NCBI GenBank assembly: GCA_963668625.2
Contig: CAXXKA010000008.1
Span: 928,001-992,000 of the forward strand
DNA from: an uncultured candidate division Zixibacteria bacterium
GTDB lineage: Bacteria > Zixibacteria > MSB-5A5 > UBA10806 > 4484-95
Length of the DNA: 64,000 nt
Direction of reading: 5' to 3'
Shown piece after piece: positions 10,949 through 19,268 of this stretch (the stretch's first letter is position 1; every line of letters starts with the position of its first letter). The position numbers were made by a program, and so were the translations under genes. Below the pieces are notes generated by a model. The model had not been told where the DNA came from. It searched no databases and saw only the letters and a list, made by a program, of their open reading frames with translations.

Positions 10949-11255
10949 CTTATTGTTCTCCTTATTTATTGCCCGGTTCTTTTTGATTATCTTCTTCATT
11001 TCCAACCGATTAATAAAAACTGATATACTTTAGTAATGGTTCCATTCCCTTGATTAATTATACAGCAAGACATTATATTCTTAATTACCCGGTTTTTAAA
11101 ATCTAAAAGCAAAATGTAAAAAATCTCATATCTATGTGATAATCTTCACAACTTATTATTGTCAATAAGGTTAGTACGTAGCTGGTTTAATAATAAGGAA
11201 TACAAGTCTATTTTATTGTGTTGTTTACTATTATAAGATAATCAGGTAAAAAAGT

Positions 11256-11300
11256 ACTTGACTTATAAAACTTATCAATTTACTATAGTTTAAGTCAAGT
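11256..11300 (+). promoter_or_regulatory. Sigma70 promoter flanked by a 10-bp inverted repeat (putative Rrf2 operator)
   Basis: TTGACT(11258)-17 bp-TACTAT(11281); ACTTGACTTA (11256-65) and TAAGTCAAGT (11291-300) are exact reverse complements. Confidence 0.6.
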
Positions 11301-11322
11301 GTGACTATAAATAAGGTGGTTT

Positions 11323-11856
11323 ATGAAATTTTCGACTCGCGCAAGATACGGTTTACGAATGATGGTGGAACTGGCCAGACTTTTAGAAAAAGAGCGCCTG
11401 GTTCGTCTCGGGCGAATAGCTAAAATCACCGGGCTTTCGGAAAATTACCTGGCGCAATTGGCGATCTCCCTAAAAAACAGCGGTTTATTAATCGGCATAT
11501 CCGGTAAAAAAGGCGGCTATCAACTGGCAAAACCGGCCAGGGAGATAAAAATCGGTGAGATAGTGCAGGCGGTTGCCGGGCCTCTCACCGCTACCGATTG
11601 CGTGAACCACCCGGAAACCTGCCTCAATGCCAGTTTTTGCGAGGCCCGAGTGCTCTGGGTACTGATAACCCATAGTATCGAAAATATTCTGGATGATTAC
11701 AGCCTGGCCGATCTCATAAGCCACAATTGGCTGGAAAGTGTCAGACAACAACATCCCGGCCTGGCGATGCTGAACCCGGATATCTTGATTAAAGATGAAA
11801 ATAGTGAAACCTTACCGGGCTGCCCGGTGAGTTCTAATAATCGAGAGGAGAAATAA
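11323..11856 (+). CDS. Rrf2 family (IscR-like) transcriptional regulator
   Basis: MKFSTRARYGLR, YLAQL, G.KGGYQLAKP, and three Cys (DCVNHPETCLNASFC) that could ligate an Fe-S cluster. Confidence 0.93.
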   Translation: MKFSTRARYGLRMMVELARLLEKERLVRLGRIAKITGLSENYLAQLAISLKNSGLLIGISGKKGGYQLAKPAREIKIGEIVQAVAGPLTATDCVNHPETCLNASFCEARVLWVLITHSIENILDDYSLADLISHNWLESVRQQHPGLAMLNPDILIKDENSETLPGCPVSSNNREEK

Positions 11857-11858
11857 AA

Positions 11859-12776
11859 ATGATGGTTATCCAGATGGTGACCTATATCTCCCTGATAATT
11901 GCCGTAGTCGCGATGATTGTCAAGGCGATGAGGTATGCCAACGCACCCGAGCACCTGAGATGGGAACTCTATCCTGTACCGCATGAAGGTGACCGAGCCG
12001 AATACGGTGGTTCATATCTCGAGGAGCTTGACTGGTGGACAAAAAAGCGTCACGCGGATCATTTCAAAGAGATTAAAGAGATGATGGCCGAGATCATTTT
12101 TTTGAAAGGCGTATTTAATAACAACAAACGTGTCTGGACATCCTCGTTTCCTTTCCATTTCGGATTATACCTCTGTATAGGCTGGTTGGTGATGCTTCTT
12201 GGAGGCGCTATCGCGGAGAAATTAGGTGTAGAGATTTCAGCGAATGCCGGTGCAATAGGGATTATCATCCATTACCTGACTATCATTGCCGGTTATCTCG
12301 GCCTGGTTTTGGCCGGACTGGGAGCGTTCGGGCTATTTATCTGGAGAGCAACCGACCCCAAGCAGAAACCGTATAATTCACCGGCCGAGTATTTTAATTT
12401 AATCGTGTTCGATATAGTAGTCGTCGTTACCTTAATAGCCCAGCTTACCGGCGATTTCGGTTTCGAGACCTTGCGTGCTTATGTCGGCTCGCTCGTAACG
12501 TTCTCTCCGGCGCCGGCGCTATCGGGTTGGATGGTTGCCGAGATCGTCGTCGTCTCGTTAATAATCATGTACATTCCTCTCACCAGGATGTCGCATTTTG
12601 TTGCGAAATACTTCCTCTATCATGCCGTACGCTGGAACGATGAGCCGAACCCGAAAGGCAGCGCGATCGAGAAGCGTATCGCCGAGCTTCTGCAGCAAAA
12701 AGTCGGCTGGAAAGCCTCACACATGTCCACGGGTAAGTCCTGGGTTGAGGTGGTAAAGGAGACTGACAATGAGTAA
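11859..12776 (+). CDS. NarI/DsrM/HmcE-like membrane b-type cytochrome subunit
   Basis: LRWELYPVPHE, SFPFHFGLY and PLTRMSHF motifs; 5-6 TM helices; overlaps the downstream Fe-S gene. Confidence 0.8.
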   Translation: MMVIQMVTYISLIIAVVAMIVKAMRYANAPEHLRWELYPVPHEGDRAEYGGSYLEELDWWTKKRHADHFKEIKEMMAEIIFLKGVFNNNKRVWTSSFPFHFGLYLCIGWLVMLLGGAIAEKLGVEISANAGAIGIIIHYLTIIAGYLGLVLAGLGAFGLFIWRATDPKQKPYNSPAEYFNLIVFDIVVVVTLIAQLTGDFGFETLRAYVGSLVTFSPAPALSGWMVAEIVVVSLIIMYIPLTRMSHFVAKYFLYHAVRWNDEPNPKGSAIEKRIAELLQQKVGWKASHMSTGKSWVEVVKETDNE

Positions 12777-14379
12777 ACAGATTAAAGTTAAAGATATCAG
12801 TATCAAAGGCAAACAGCTTGTCGAAATAGATAAACACAGGCTGCCCAAATTACCCTATCCGTACGAGGATTGGGTCGAAGCCGATATCCCGCAGATTTCC
12901 GAGGAGAAGCGCAAGCAGGTGGATGTTTCCCTCGACGGTATTTTGAACCCGGCTATTCCAATTCCTGAAACCGAGGAGCAAAAGCAGAAACTGGTCGCAG
13001 ATTTTCTCGAGGGCTTGAAAAACTTATTGAGCCAGGAAAACAACTGGACATTCTTGAAACCTTTGATGCTTTCGCTGGATAACTGCGTTAAATGCAATAC
13101 CTGCAGTGATGCTTGCCCGATATTCAAAGAGAGCGGCGAGATCGAGGTTTACCGACCGCTTTTCCGCTCGGATGTCCTTCGCCGTATTATCCGTAAATAT
13201 ATCAAACCCGGTGGCAAATTAACCGCGGCATTCTCGGGCAATAATATCGATTTGAACTGGGAGACTATATCCCGATTAGCGCAGCTTTCGTATCGCTGTA
13301 CGCTTTGCCGTAGATGCGCCCAAACCTGCCCGATGGGGGTCGATAACGGCCTGTTGACCCGTGAAATCAGGAAGCTGTTCTCTCAGCAGTTAGGGATTTA
13401 CCCGGCCGAGCTTCATAAAGAAGGCACGATCAAACAGCTCCAGACGGGATCATCCACCGGCATAAATACCGCCGCCTTCCTGGATATTGTCGAGTTCATG
13501 GAGGAGGATATAACCGATAGAACCGGACTGAATATCAAGATACCCGTCGATAAACCGGATGCCGATATTCTGCTGGTACATAACGCCGGCGAGTTTTTAT
13601 CCTGGCCGGAAAATGTCGAGGCGTTCGCTATCATATTCGAGGCCGCCGGTTTAAGTTGGACATTAACCAGCCAGGAGGTCGGATACGACTCGGTCAACTA
13701 CGGCTTATTCTACGATGACGCCCAGCTTGCTAAGGTAACCTTAAAACATGCTGAATCAGCCAAGAAACTCAACGCCAAGAAAGTGGTAGTTGGAGAGTGC
13801 GGCCATGCCCATAAAGCCATGATGGCTATCGGCGATAGAATCTGGCTGGCCGAATCGAATACCCCGCGTGAGTCGAGCCTTGTGCTACTCGATCATATCG
13901 TATCCAAGGGTATGATAAAGCTCGATCCTGAGAAGAATAATTTCCCGGTTACCCTTCACGATCCCTGCAACGTTACTCGTTCGATGGGTATTATCGAACC
14001 CCAGCGTCGCGTTATCCGTAAAATCTGCCCGCAGTTCCGGGAGATGACACCGCATGGTGTGAAAAACTATTGCTGCGGCGGCGGTTCGGGATTTGCGATC
14101 ATGCAGAGTAACAATTTCCCTAGTTGGCGCAACGCTATCGCCGGTAGACGGAAATTCGCCCAGATACTAAACGCATTTACCAAAGAGGAGCTCGAACCGT
14201 CAGTCAACAAATATGTCTGCGCGCCGTGCTCCAACTGCAAAGGTCAGATCAGGGATTTGATCACTCACTATGACGCTTACGAGAAGATCCGCCTTCTGTA
14301 TGGAGGCCTGGTAGAGCTGATAGTAAACGCCATGCCTGAGGTAAACAAGGAATTCATCGAGTGGGATGATTTCCATTAG
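12769..14379 (+). CDS. DsrK/HmcF/HdrD-like Fe-S oxidoreductase with CCG domain
   Basis: Two CxxCxxCxxxC motifs, plus GECGH, LHDPC, YCCGGGSG and PCSNC. Confidence 0.88.
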   Translation: MSKQIKVKDISIKGKQLVEIDKHRLPKLPYPYEDWVEADIPQISEEKRKQVDVSLDGILNPAIPIPETEEQKQKLVADFLEGLKNLLSQENNWTFLKPLMLSLDNCVKCNTCSDACPIFKESGEIEVYRPLFRSDVLRRIIRKYIKPGGKLTAAFSGNNIDLNWETISRLAQLSYRCTLCRRCAQTCPMGVDNGLLTREIRKLFSQQLGIYPAELHKEGTIKQLQTGSSTGINTAAFLDIVEFMEEDITDRTGLNIKIPVDKPDADILLVHNAGEFLSWPENVEAFAIIFEAAGLSWTLTSQEVGYDSVNYGLFYDDAQLAKVTLKHAESAKKLNAKKVVVGECGHAHKAMMAIGDRIWLAESNTPRESSLVLLDHIVSKGMIKLDPEKNNFPVTLHDPCNVTRSMGIIEPQRRVIRKICPQFREMTPHGVKNYCCGGGSGFAIMQSNNFPSWRNAIAGRRKFAQILNAFTKEELEPSVNKYVCAPCSNCKGQIRDLITHYDAYEKIRLLYGGLVELIVNAMPEVNKEFIEWDDFH

Positions 14380-14408
14380 AGATATAGATATTACAAACAT
14401 GATTCTTT

Positions 14409-14438
14409 TAAAGCCCGGTGTAAGTCGGGCTTTTTTGT
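14409..14438 (+). terminator. Rho-independent terminator
   Basis: AAGCCCG-GTGTAAGT-CGGGCTT followed by a T run after the Fe-S gene. Confidence 0.75.
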
Positions 14439-14469
14439 TTATCCTAAAAACCATCGGTTTAGCCGATAC

Positions 14470-14589
14470 GTCCTTTTCTTTTTATAACACTAAACTCTAT
14501 TTCTATTTAGTTAGCTTATATATAGGGGAAACAGAACGAAGTTTTTAAAATACGGTTGGTTACAAAATCGGAGTTTTGTAACCAGTACA
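14470..14589. repeat. 120-bp dispersed intergenic repeat, copy 2
   Basis: Closely similar to 10146-10265, in the same orientation. Confidence 0.85.
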
Positions 14590-14754
14590 CCCCTTGCCAA
14601 CCCCTGGATCCTGAATCAAGTTCAGGCTGACATAGCCAGCTTAGGCCGACTGGGTAAAAGTCACCGGTCCTGTGGCCGGAAATAGTTTACTGCGAGGTTC
14701 GGTTCTTTCCTGATTCATGAATTTCAATAACGAAGTTTAATGATTTATCCAATC

Positions 14755-14787
14755 AAAAATAAGGCAGGAGCATGCCGCTCCTGCCTT
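14755..14787 (-). terminator. Rho-independent terminator closing the peptidase-peptide operon
   Basis: Perfect stem AAGGCAGGAGC/GCTCCTGCCTT followed on the minus strand by ATTTTT. Confidence 0.8.
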
Positions 14788-14801
14788 TCGCTGAAAACTA
14801 G

Positions 14802-14960
14802 TTACTCATCGAGCAAATCCCCGGCATCATCCGAGAAAAGACTACACATTCTGGGACGCCCACCGGAACCATCGCACCAGATAGCCGACTGCCCTCCGGC
14901 GCCATCCATAACCGTATATGAATTACCGCCTACGGAATCATGAAAGAGTCTAGCGAACAT
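14802..14960 (-). CDS. 52-aa repeat peptide 3 (putative RiPP-like precursor): MFARLFHDSVGGNSYTVMDGAGGQSAIWCDGSGGRPRMCSLFSDDAGDLLDE
   Basis: GGGAGG RBS before ATG 14960; three 11-aa DxxGG units; shared C-terminal DAGDLLDE. Confidence 0.85.
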   Translation of the reverse strand: MFARLFHDSVGGNSYTVMDGAGGQSAIWCDGSGGRPRMCSLFSDDAGDLLDE

Positions 14961-15083
14961 ATCGTCCTCCCTGTTAAGATTTTTTGTGATAAGAAACTCC
15001 ACTGCCTGTGATTGATAATTTGTTAGCGAAATTTCCAGTTAAAAGAGCAACAGCAACGTATCTCGATAGATTGCCGATTGGAG

Positions 15084-15209
15084 TTACTCATCGAGCATGT
15101 CGCCGATATCCTCGACCGGCGAATTACCATACAACGAATGACCGCCTTTATAATCAGCGACGACCAGTTGAGGAACATTACCGTTATCCGCAACGATCCA
15201 ATTGTACAT
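15084..15209 (-). CDS. 41-aa peptide 2 (absent from the ORF track): MYNWIVADNGNVPQLVVADYKGGHSLYGNSPVEDIGDMLDE
   Basis: AAGGAAGG RBS; two 'VAD' units 11 aa apart; C-terminal DIGDMLDE matches both neighbours. Confidence 0.8.
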   Translation of the reverse strand: MYNWIVADNGNVPQLVVADYKGGHSLYGNSPVEDIGDMLDE

Positions 15210-15259
15210 CCGTACCTTCCTTGTTAAAATTCATACTTCATCTAACAAGACGATGATTA

Positions 15260-15298
15260 GCTCCCAGGCGGAGGAGTCAATCCCCCACCTGAGAAAGC
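15260..15298 (-). promoter_or_regulatory. Intergenic RNA stem-loop after peptide 1
   Basis: On the minus-strand RNA, CAGGUGGGGGA pairs fully with UCCUCCGCCUG using two G.U pairs; on the plus strand those positions are A-C mismatches. Confidence 0.55.
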
Positions 15299-15305
15299 GC
15301 TACTG

Positions 15306-15629
15306 CTATTCAGCCAGCACATCACCGATATCGGATGACGGTAAGGAACCGGCCTTAGCTCCACCTCCCGAGCCATCGCTCATGATACGAGGTCTGCCAC
15401 CTGAGCCATCGAGATAAATCAGTGGCCTGCCGCCAGCTCCGTCACAACAGACATAAGGCCGGCCGCCTGAGCCATCAAGCTCGATGTAGGGTCGTCCACC
15501 CGCGCCATCAGACATGATGTAGGGTCGTCCGCCTGAGCCATCAGACATGATGTAGGGTTGTCCACCCGCACCATCACTCATGATAAAAGGCTGCCCCCCG
15601 GCACCATCCATCCAAATTCTTCCATACAT
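15306..15629 (-). CDS. 107-aa tandem-repeat peptide 1 (eight DG[AS]GG units; putative multi-core RiPP-like precursor)
   Basis: AAGGAGG RBS before ATG 15629; 33-nt period with synonymous codon variation; C-terminal DIGDVLAE. Confidence 0.9.
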   Translation of the reverse strand: MYGRIWMDGAGGQPFIMSDGAGGQPYIMSDGSGGRPYIMSDGAGGRPYIELDGSGGRPYVCCDGAGGRPLIYLDGSGGRPRIMSDGSGGGAKAGSLPSSDIGDVLAE

Positions 15630-15712
15630 TTTCTTCCTCCTTTTGAAAGAAATTTGAAATATTGCTAATTCGGTGGAAAGTATTGATCCCACCGTTTCGA
15701 GAACTAATTCGA

Positions 15713-18619
15713 TCAAACCATACTGATTTTTTCCATTGGTTTGACATTGATCGATTTGACTTCATCGATCAACTCCGCCGGTCCGAGAATTTTCAGAACA
15801 TCACTTACTGCCAATGATTTCATGACATCCGCGAATTTCGTGAAATCACTCGCTTTAGTATGCAAAATTTGCTCGAATACCGCCGTCCTGTCGGCAGAAT
15901 CGATACCGGCCAGGTAATGCGCCAGCGCTTGATGGCCACGAGCATCGGGAGATTTATAGCTTTGGAACTTTCGCACGGCCCCGATTATACAGGATGTAAG
16001 TTCATCCCGGCTTATTTCAAACGAGGATAGATATTCACCGGCGCTGTTTATCGCCTCGATCGTTTTAGTAAGATTCAAATCGCGGTTGGAAACTATGGTG
16101 AAAACATCACTGGTGTGATCATAGTCGCAATAAGATTCGTACGCGCCGCCGGTTACCCTGATTTTATCCCAGAACCATGTTGTCCAGAGATGGTTGCTGA
16201 CAACGTACGCGGCGCCTTTCGATTCGAAACCTGAGCGACCAATATCAATACCCTTACCAGCAATGCCTGTCTGGGATGGTATAACGAAGCCCTCGGTTTC
16301 CGGCAACGGATCGAACTCATGGGGGTGATAGACTGGTTCGTTTTCAGGCAACTGATAGCTTAATGACAGCAGTTGATCTCTTATATTATCCCAAACCGGA
16401 CGCGAGCATGTAACATTCACTATCATCGTTTTACGGTTGATGAGTATTTGCTTTATCCGATCGAAAATCGCTATGGTTCTTTCGGGAGTTTTCTCGAATT
16501 CATTCAGCAGATTTTTAAGAAAACGTATATAGTCGATTCCGGTCAAACATTCGGACATCCTGCCGGCCTCGTTAAAGTGCGCATTAAGCCGATAACGAAT
16601 AAACTTGAAACCGTGCTCCGAATAAAGCATGGATTCGTGTCGTCTTAACTCATCACTGGTTATATCGTACAACTCCGAAGGGTTATGAATATCCGAATCC
16701 AGGATCAGCTTTTTGAATGAATCTATTAAAGCCCCAGTATTATTGAGAATCGCTTTCCCCGGAAACAGCACCAGTGAGGAGCTAGTCGACTTGTCTTTAT
16801 TCGAGATATTGAAAAATCCGGTACGCACTCCGCCGGTTTCGTTGTTGATCGTTTCATTCAGATTATCCCCGCCAAGCTGAAGCATTGCCCGGGCGATTAA
16901 CCTCGAATACCGCACGAACTCTACCGGCAGGGCGCGCAGATCAAAGCCAAGCGTGATATAAGCGGTACCGCTGGTGTGAATATCATTGAACAGTACACGA
17001 AGGCCGTTGAGGTTTACAATATCCTGATTGATGATATCAGGAGCCATTTCGATATCGGAAACTCGCAGGCGGGGTATCATATTCCGGTCGAAACCGGCTT
17101 TTCTTAACCTAATCGAATCATCCAATCGTGCCGGTGATTTATAGATATCATCCAGTTGCTCCGGGGTTAACGATTCCCGAATACGTTCGAGCTGCGAACG
17201 TTCCAACCCTGATTCCCTGTCGAGCAAGCCGGGATCGGGCCTGAAAACCGCGACCGACCTGTGATTGTTGTTCAGCAGGCATTTTTCGATCAGTCGTTCG
17301 AAATAGTTATCATCGTTTTTAACCAGTTGCTCTATTTCCTGGAGCGGTTGTTCAAAACCAATTTTATCGAATATATCTTTTTCGTAGCACCAGGCTGAAA
17401 GAGCTCTGAGCATTAGTTGAATTCCTGCCGGAGTCTTGCCGAAATTATTCTCTCTGATAAGAAACTGTAATCGGTTAAGCGCCGCTTTTTTCAGCTTTCG
17501 ATCTATGCCTCTCGAGACGATTCGCTCCAAAGCATTGAGAACCGAGGATTCGGCCTTAGCGAGGTCGGCTTGCGCTACACCTTTTAAGCCGGTCGAAAAA
17601 TACGGCTGTCGTAAATCCTGGAATAAACCCACTCCTGCTGTGGTATGGCCGTACACCGATTCTAAAAGTGCGATTCTCAATGGCGAGGAGTTGAGCCCCA
17701 TGAGAATAGTCTCGAACATCATGTTGACTAATGTGGTTTTAAAATCAGGCTTATCGTTTAACACCCAATTTAATGTAACTATATTTTCATCCCGGTTCCC
17801 TTCATTTTGCCGGGATGGAAACGTGTATTCAGCCCTGGCGGGTTTTATGAACGGTTGTTGGCGCTGGACGGATATAGCGTAATCGACGGTATCAAAATCC
17901 TTGAGAAAACTATTTATTCGTTCGAGGTAATTATCCGGTTCGATATCGCCATAAAGAAAAATAAAGCTGTTGGATGGATGATAATGCTTTTTATGATATT
18001 TCAATAAGTCTTCGTAACGTAAATATGGTATTTGCTCGGGAAGCCCCCCTGGTGTATTGGAATAGGGGCTTTGGGGGAATAATGATTTCCTTATATTCTC
18101 AGTGATTCGCGATGAAGCCGAGGAGAAATGGCCTTTCATTTCGCTATATACTATTCCTTTATAAACCAGTTTATCGGGCCGGCCGTTACTTTCCAATCTC
18201 CAACCTTCCAGCGCGAAATTCTCCGGCGAAAGTGTGGGGAAGAAAACCGCATCCAGCATGAGTTCCATGCAGTTGGAATAATCTTTCTTGTTGGGTGTAG
18301 ATGCCAGATAACATGTCGTATCAAGGTAGGTATAGGCATTCAGGTAGTTTTGAAGCGATCCCTTCAGCAACTCGACGAAAACATCTTTGACGGGATATTT
18401 TCTGGAACCGCAGAAAACCATATGCTCCAGAATATGCTGTATACCCGTGGAATTCTCCGGGGGAGTTCGAAGGGCTATTCCAATGGTTTTGTTTACATCA
18501 CTATTTTTAAGCGAAAATACAGTGGCGGATGTTTTCTTGTGCTTAAAAAGCTTGCAGACTGCGTTAAACTCCGGTATCTGCTGTTTTTGAACCAGCTCGA
18601 AATCGGTAATATCTGGCAC
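15713..18619 (-). CDS. M16C insulinase-family metallopeptidase (presequence protease PreP-like), cytoplasmic
   Basis: STGIQHILEHMVFCGSRKYPVKD (HxxEH), LNAYTY, GIVYSEMKG and IRVTGGAY; GTG start after GGAGG; no signal peptide. Confidence 0.93.
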   Translation of the reverse strand: MPDITDFELVQKQQIPEFNAVCKLFKHKKTSATVFSLKNSDVNKTIGIALRTPPENSTGIQHILEHMVFCGSRKYPVKDVFVELLKGSLQNYLNAYTYLDTTCYLASTPNKKDYSNCMELMLDAVFFPTLSPENFALEGWRLESNGRPDKLVYKGIVYSEMKGHFSSASSRITENIRKSLFPQSPYSNTPGGLPEQIPYLRYEDLLKYHKKHYHPSNSFIFLYGDIEPDNYLERINSFLKDFDTVDYAISVQRQQPFIKPARAEYTFPSRQNEGNRDENIVTLNWVLNDKPDFKTTLVNMMFETILMGLNSSPLRIALLESVYGHTTAGVGLFQDLRQPYFSTGLKGVAQADLAKAESSVLNALERIVSRGIDRKLKKAALNRLQFLIRENNFGKTPAGIQLMLRALSAWCYEKDIFDKIGFEQPLQEIEQLVKNDDNYFERLIEKCLLNNNHRSVAVFRPDPGLLDRESGLERSQLERIRESLTPEQLDDIYKSPARLDDSIRLRKAGFDRNMIPRLRVSDIEMAPDIINQDIVNLNGLRVLFNDIHTSGTAYITLGFDLRALPVEFVRYSRLIARAMLQLGGDNLNETINNETGGVRTGFFNISNKDKSTSSSLVLFPGKAILNNTGALIDSFKKLILDSDIHNPSELYDITSDELRRHESMLYSEHGFKFIRYRLNAHFNEAGRMSECLTGIDYIRFLKNLLNEFEKTPERTIAIFDRIKQILINRKTMIVNVTCSRPVWDNIRDQLLSLSYQLPENEPVYHPHEFDPLPETEGFVIPSQTGIAGKGIDIGRSGFESKGAAYVVSNHLWTTWFWDKIRVTGGAYESYCDYDHTSDVFTIVSNRDLNLTKTIEAINSAGEYLSSFEISRDELTSCIIGAVRKFQSYKSPDARGHQALAHYLAGIDSADRTAVFEQILHTKASDFTKFADVMKSLAVSDVLKILGPAELIDEVKSINVKPMEKISMV

Positions 18620-19268
18620 ACATACCTCCGTAGGCTAGCGGTTTTAAGCTATATCTCATCTCTGGCGGTGTAGATGCCGGCGGTAATAATAGCCGGAATT
18701 TCCTGAAATTACTTTACGGTAATCTCGTAATATGAGGCGGTTTTCATCAGGATATACTAATATTGTGGGATGCCGGTACTATAGTCATCTCTGGAGAAAA
18801 TACTTAAATACCTTACTGCATTAATCAATCCTGGATGGATATCGTTTCAAATCCAGCGGCTTGCTTATTGATTAAATAAACGGATTTGATGTTCCCCACT
18901 ACACAGTATTTCTTTATCTTTGGCTTAATTTTACGAAGAAGTTTTAGCTTAGTTTCATAATTTTTTGTAATATTATGAATACATCATCTTGATAGTAAGT
19001 TTATTGTAAAATCACTGGTGTCCGGTTTTTTCATACTCGATCATGATTTACATTCAGCATATTGCAACAAATATGCGGATTACTTCGTTCGGCTCGTAAT
19101 GATTGACCTTATACGGTTTTTCAACAATCCCGGCGTTTCGGAACCAGGGATTGGAACCTGTATTTACAGATGGCTGTTGAAATAGAATTAGCTGTTGAAA
19201 TATCGAATGCAAAATATTAAATTAATCCAGAAATAGCGTGGAGATGTCTATCTCAAACTTGGAGACTT

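Noticed and set aside
11859-14379. Evidence for dissimilatory sulfate reduction
   Set aside because: Only DsrMK-like genes are present; dsrAB, dsrC, apr and sat are absent from the window, and such modules occur in non-sulfate reducers.
15360-15610. 33-nt periodic repeat as a possible CRISPR array
   Set aside because: The period is too short for repeat plus spacer, the variation is synonymous within a reading frame that has an RBS, and no cas genes are present.
15630-15716. ORF-track 29-aa N-terminal extension of peptide 1 as a leader peptide
   Set aside because: It uses a TTG start without a clear RBS, whereas a strong AAGGAGG precedes ATG 15629. The same applies to the 14961-15002 extension of peptide 3.
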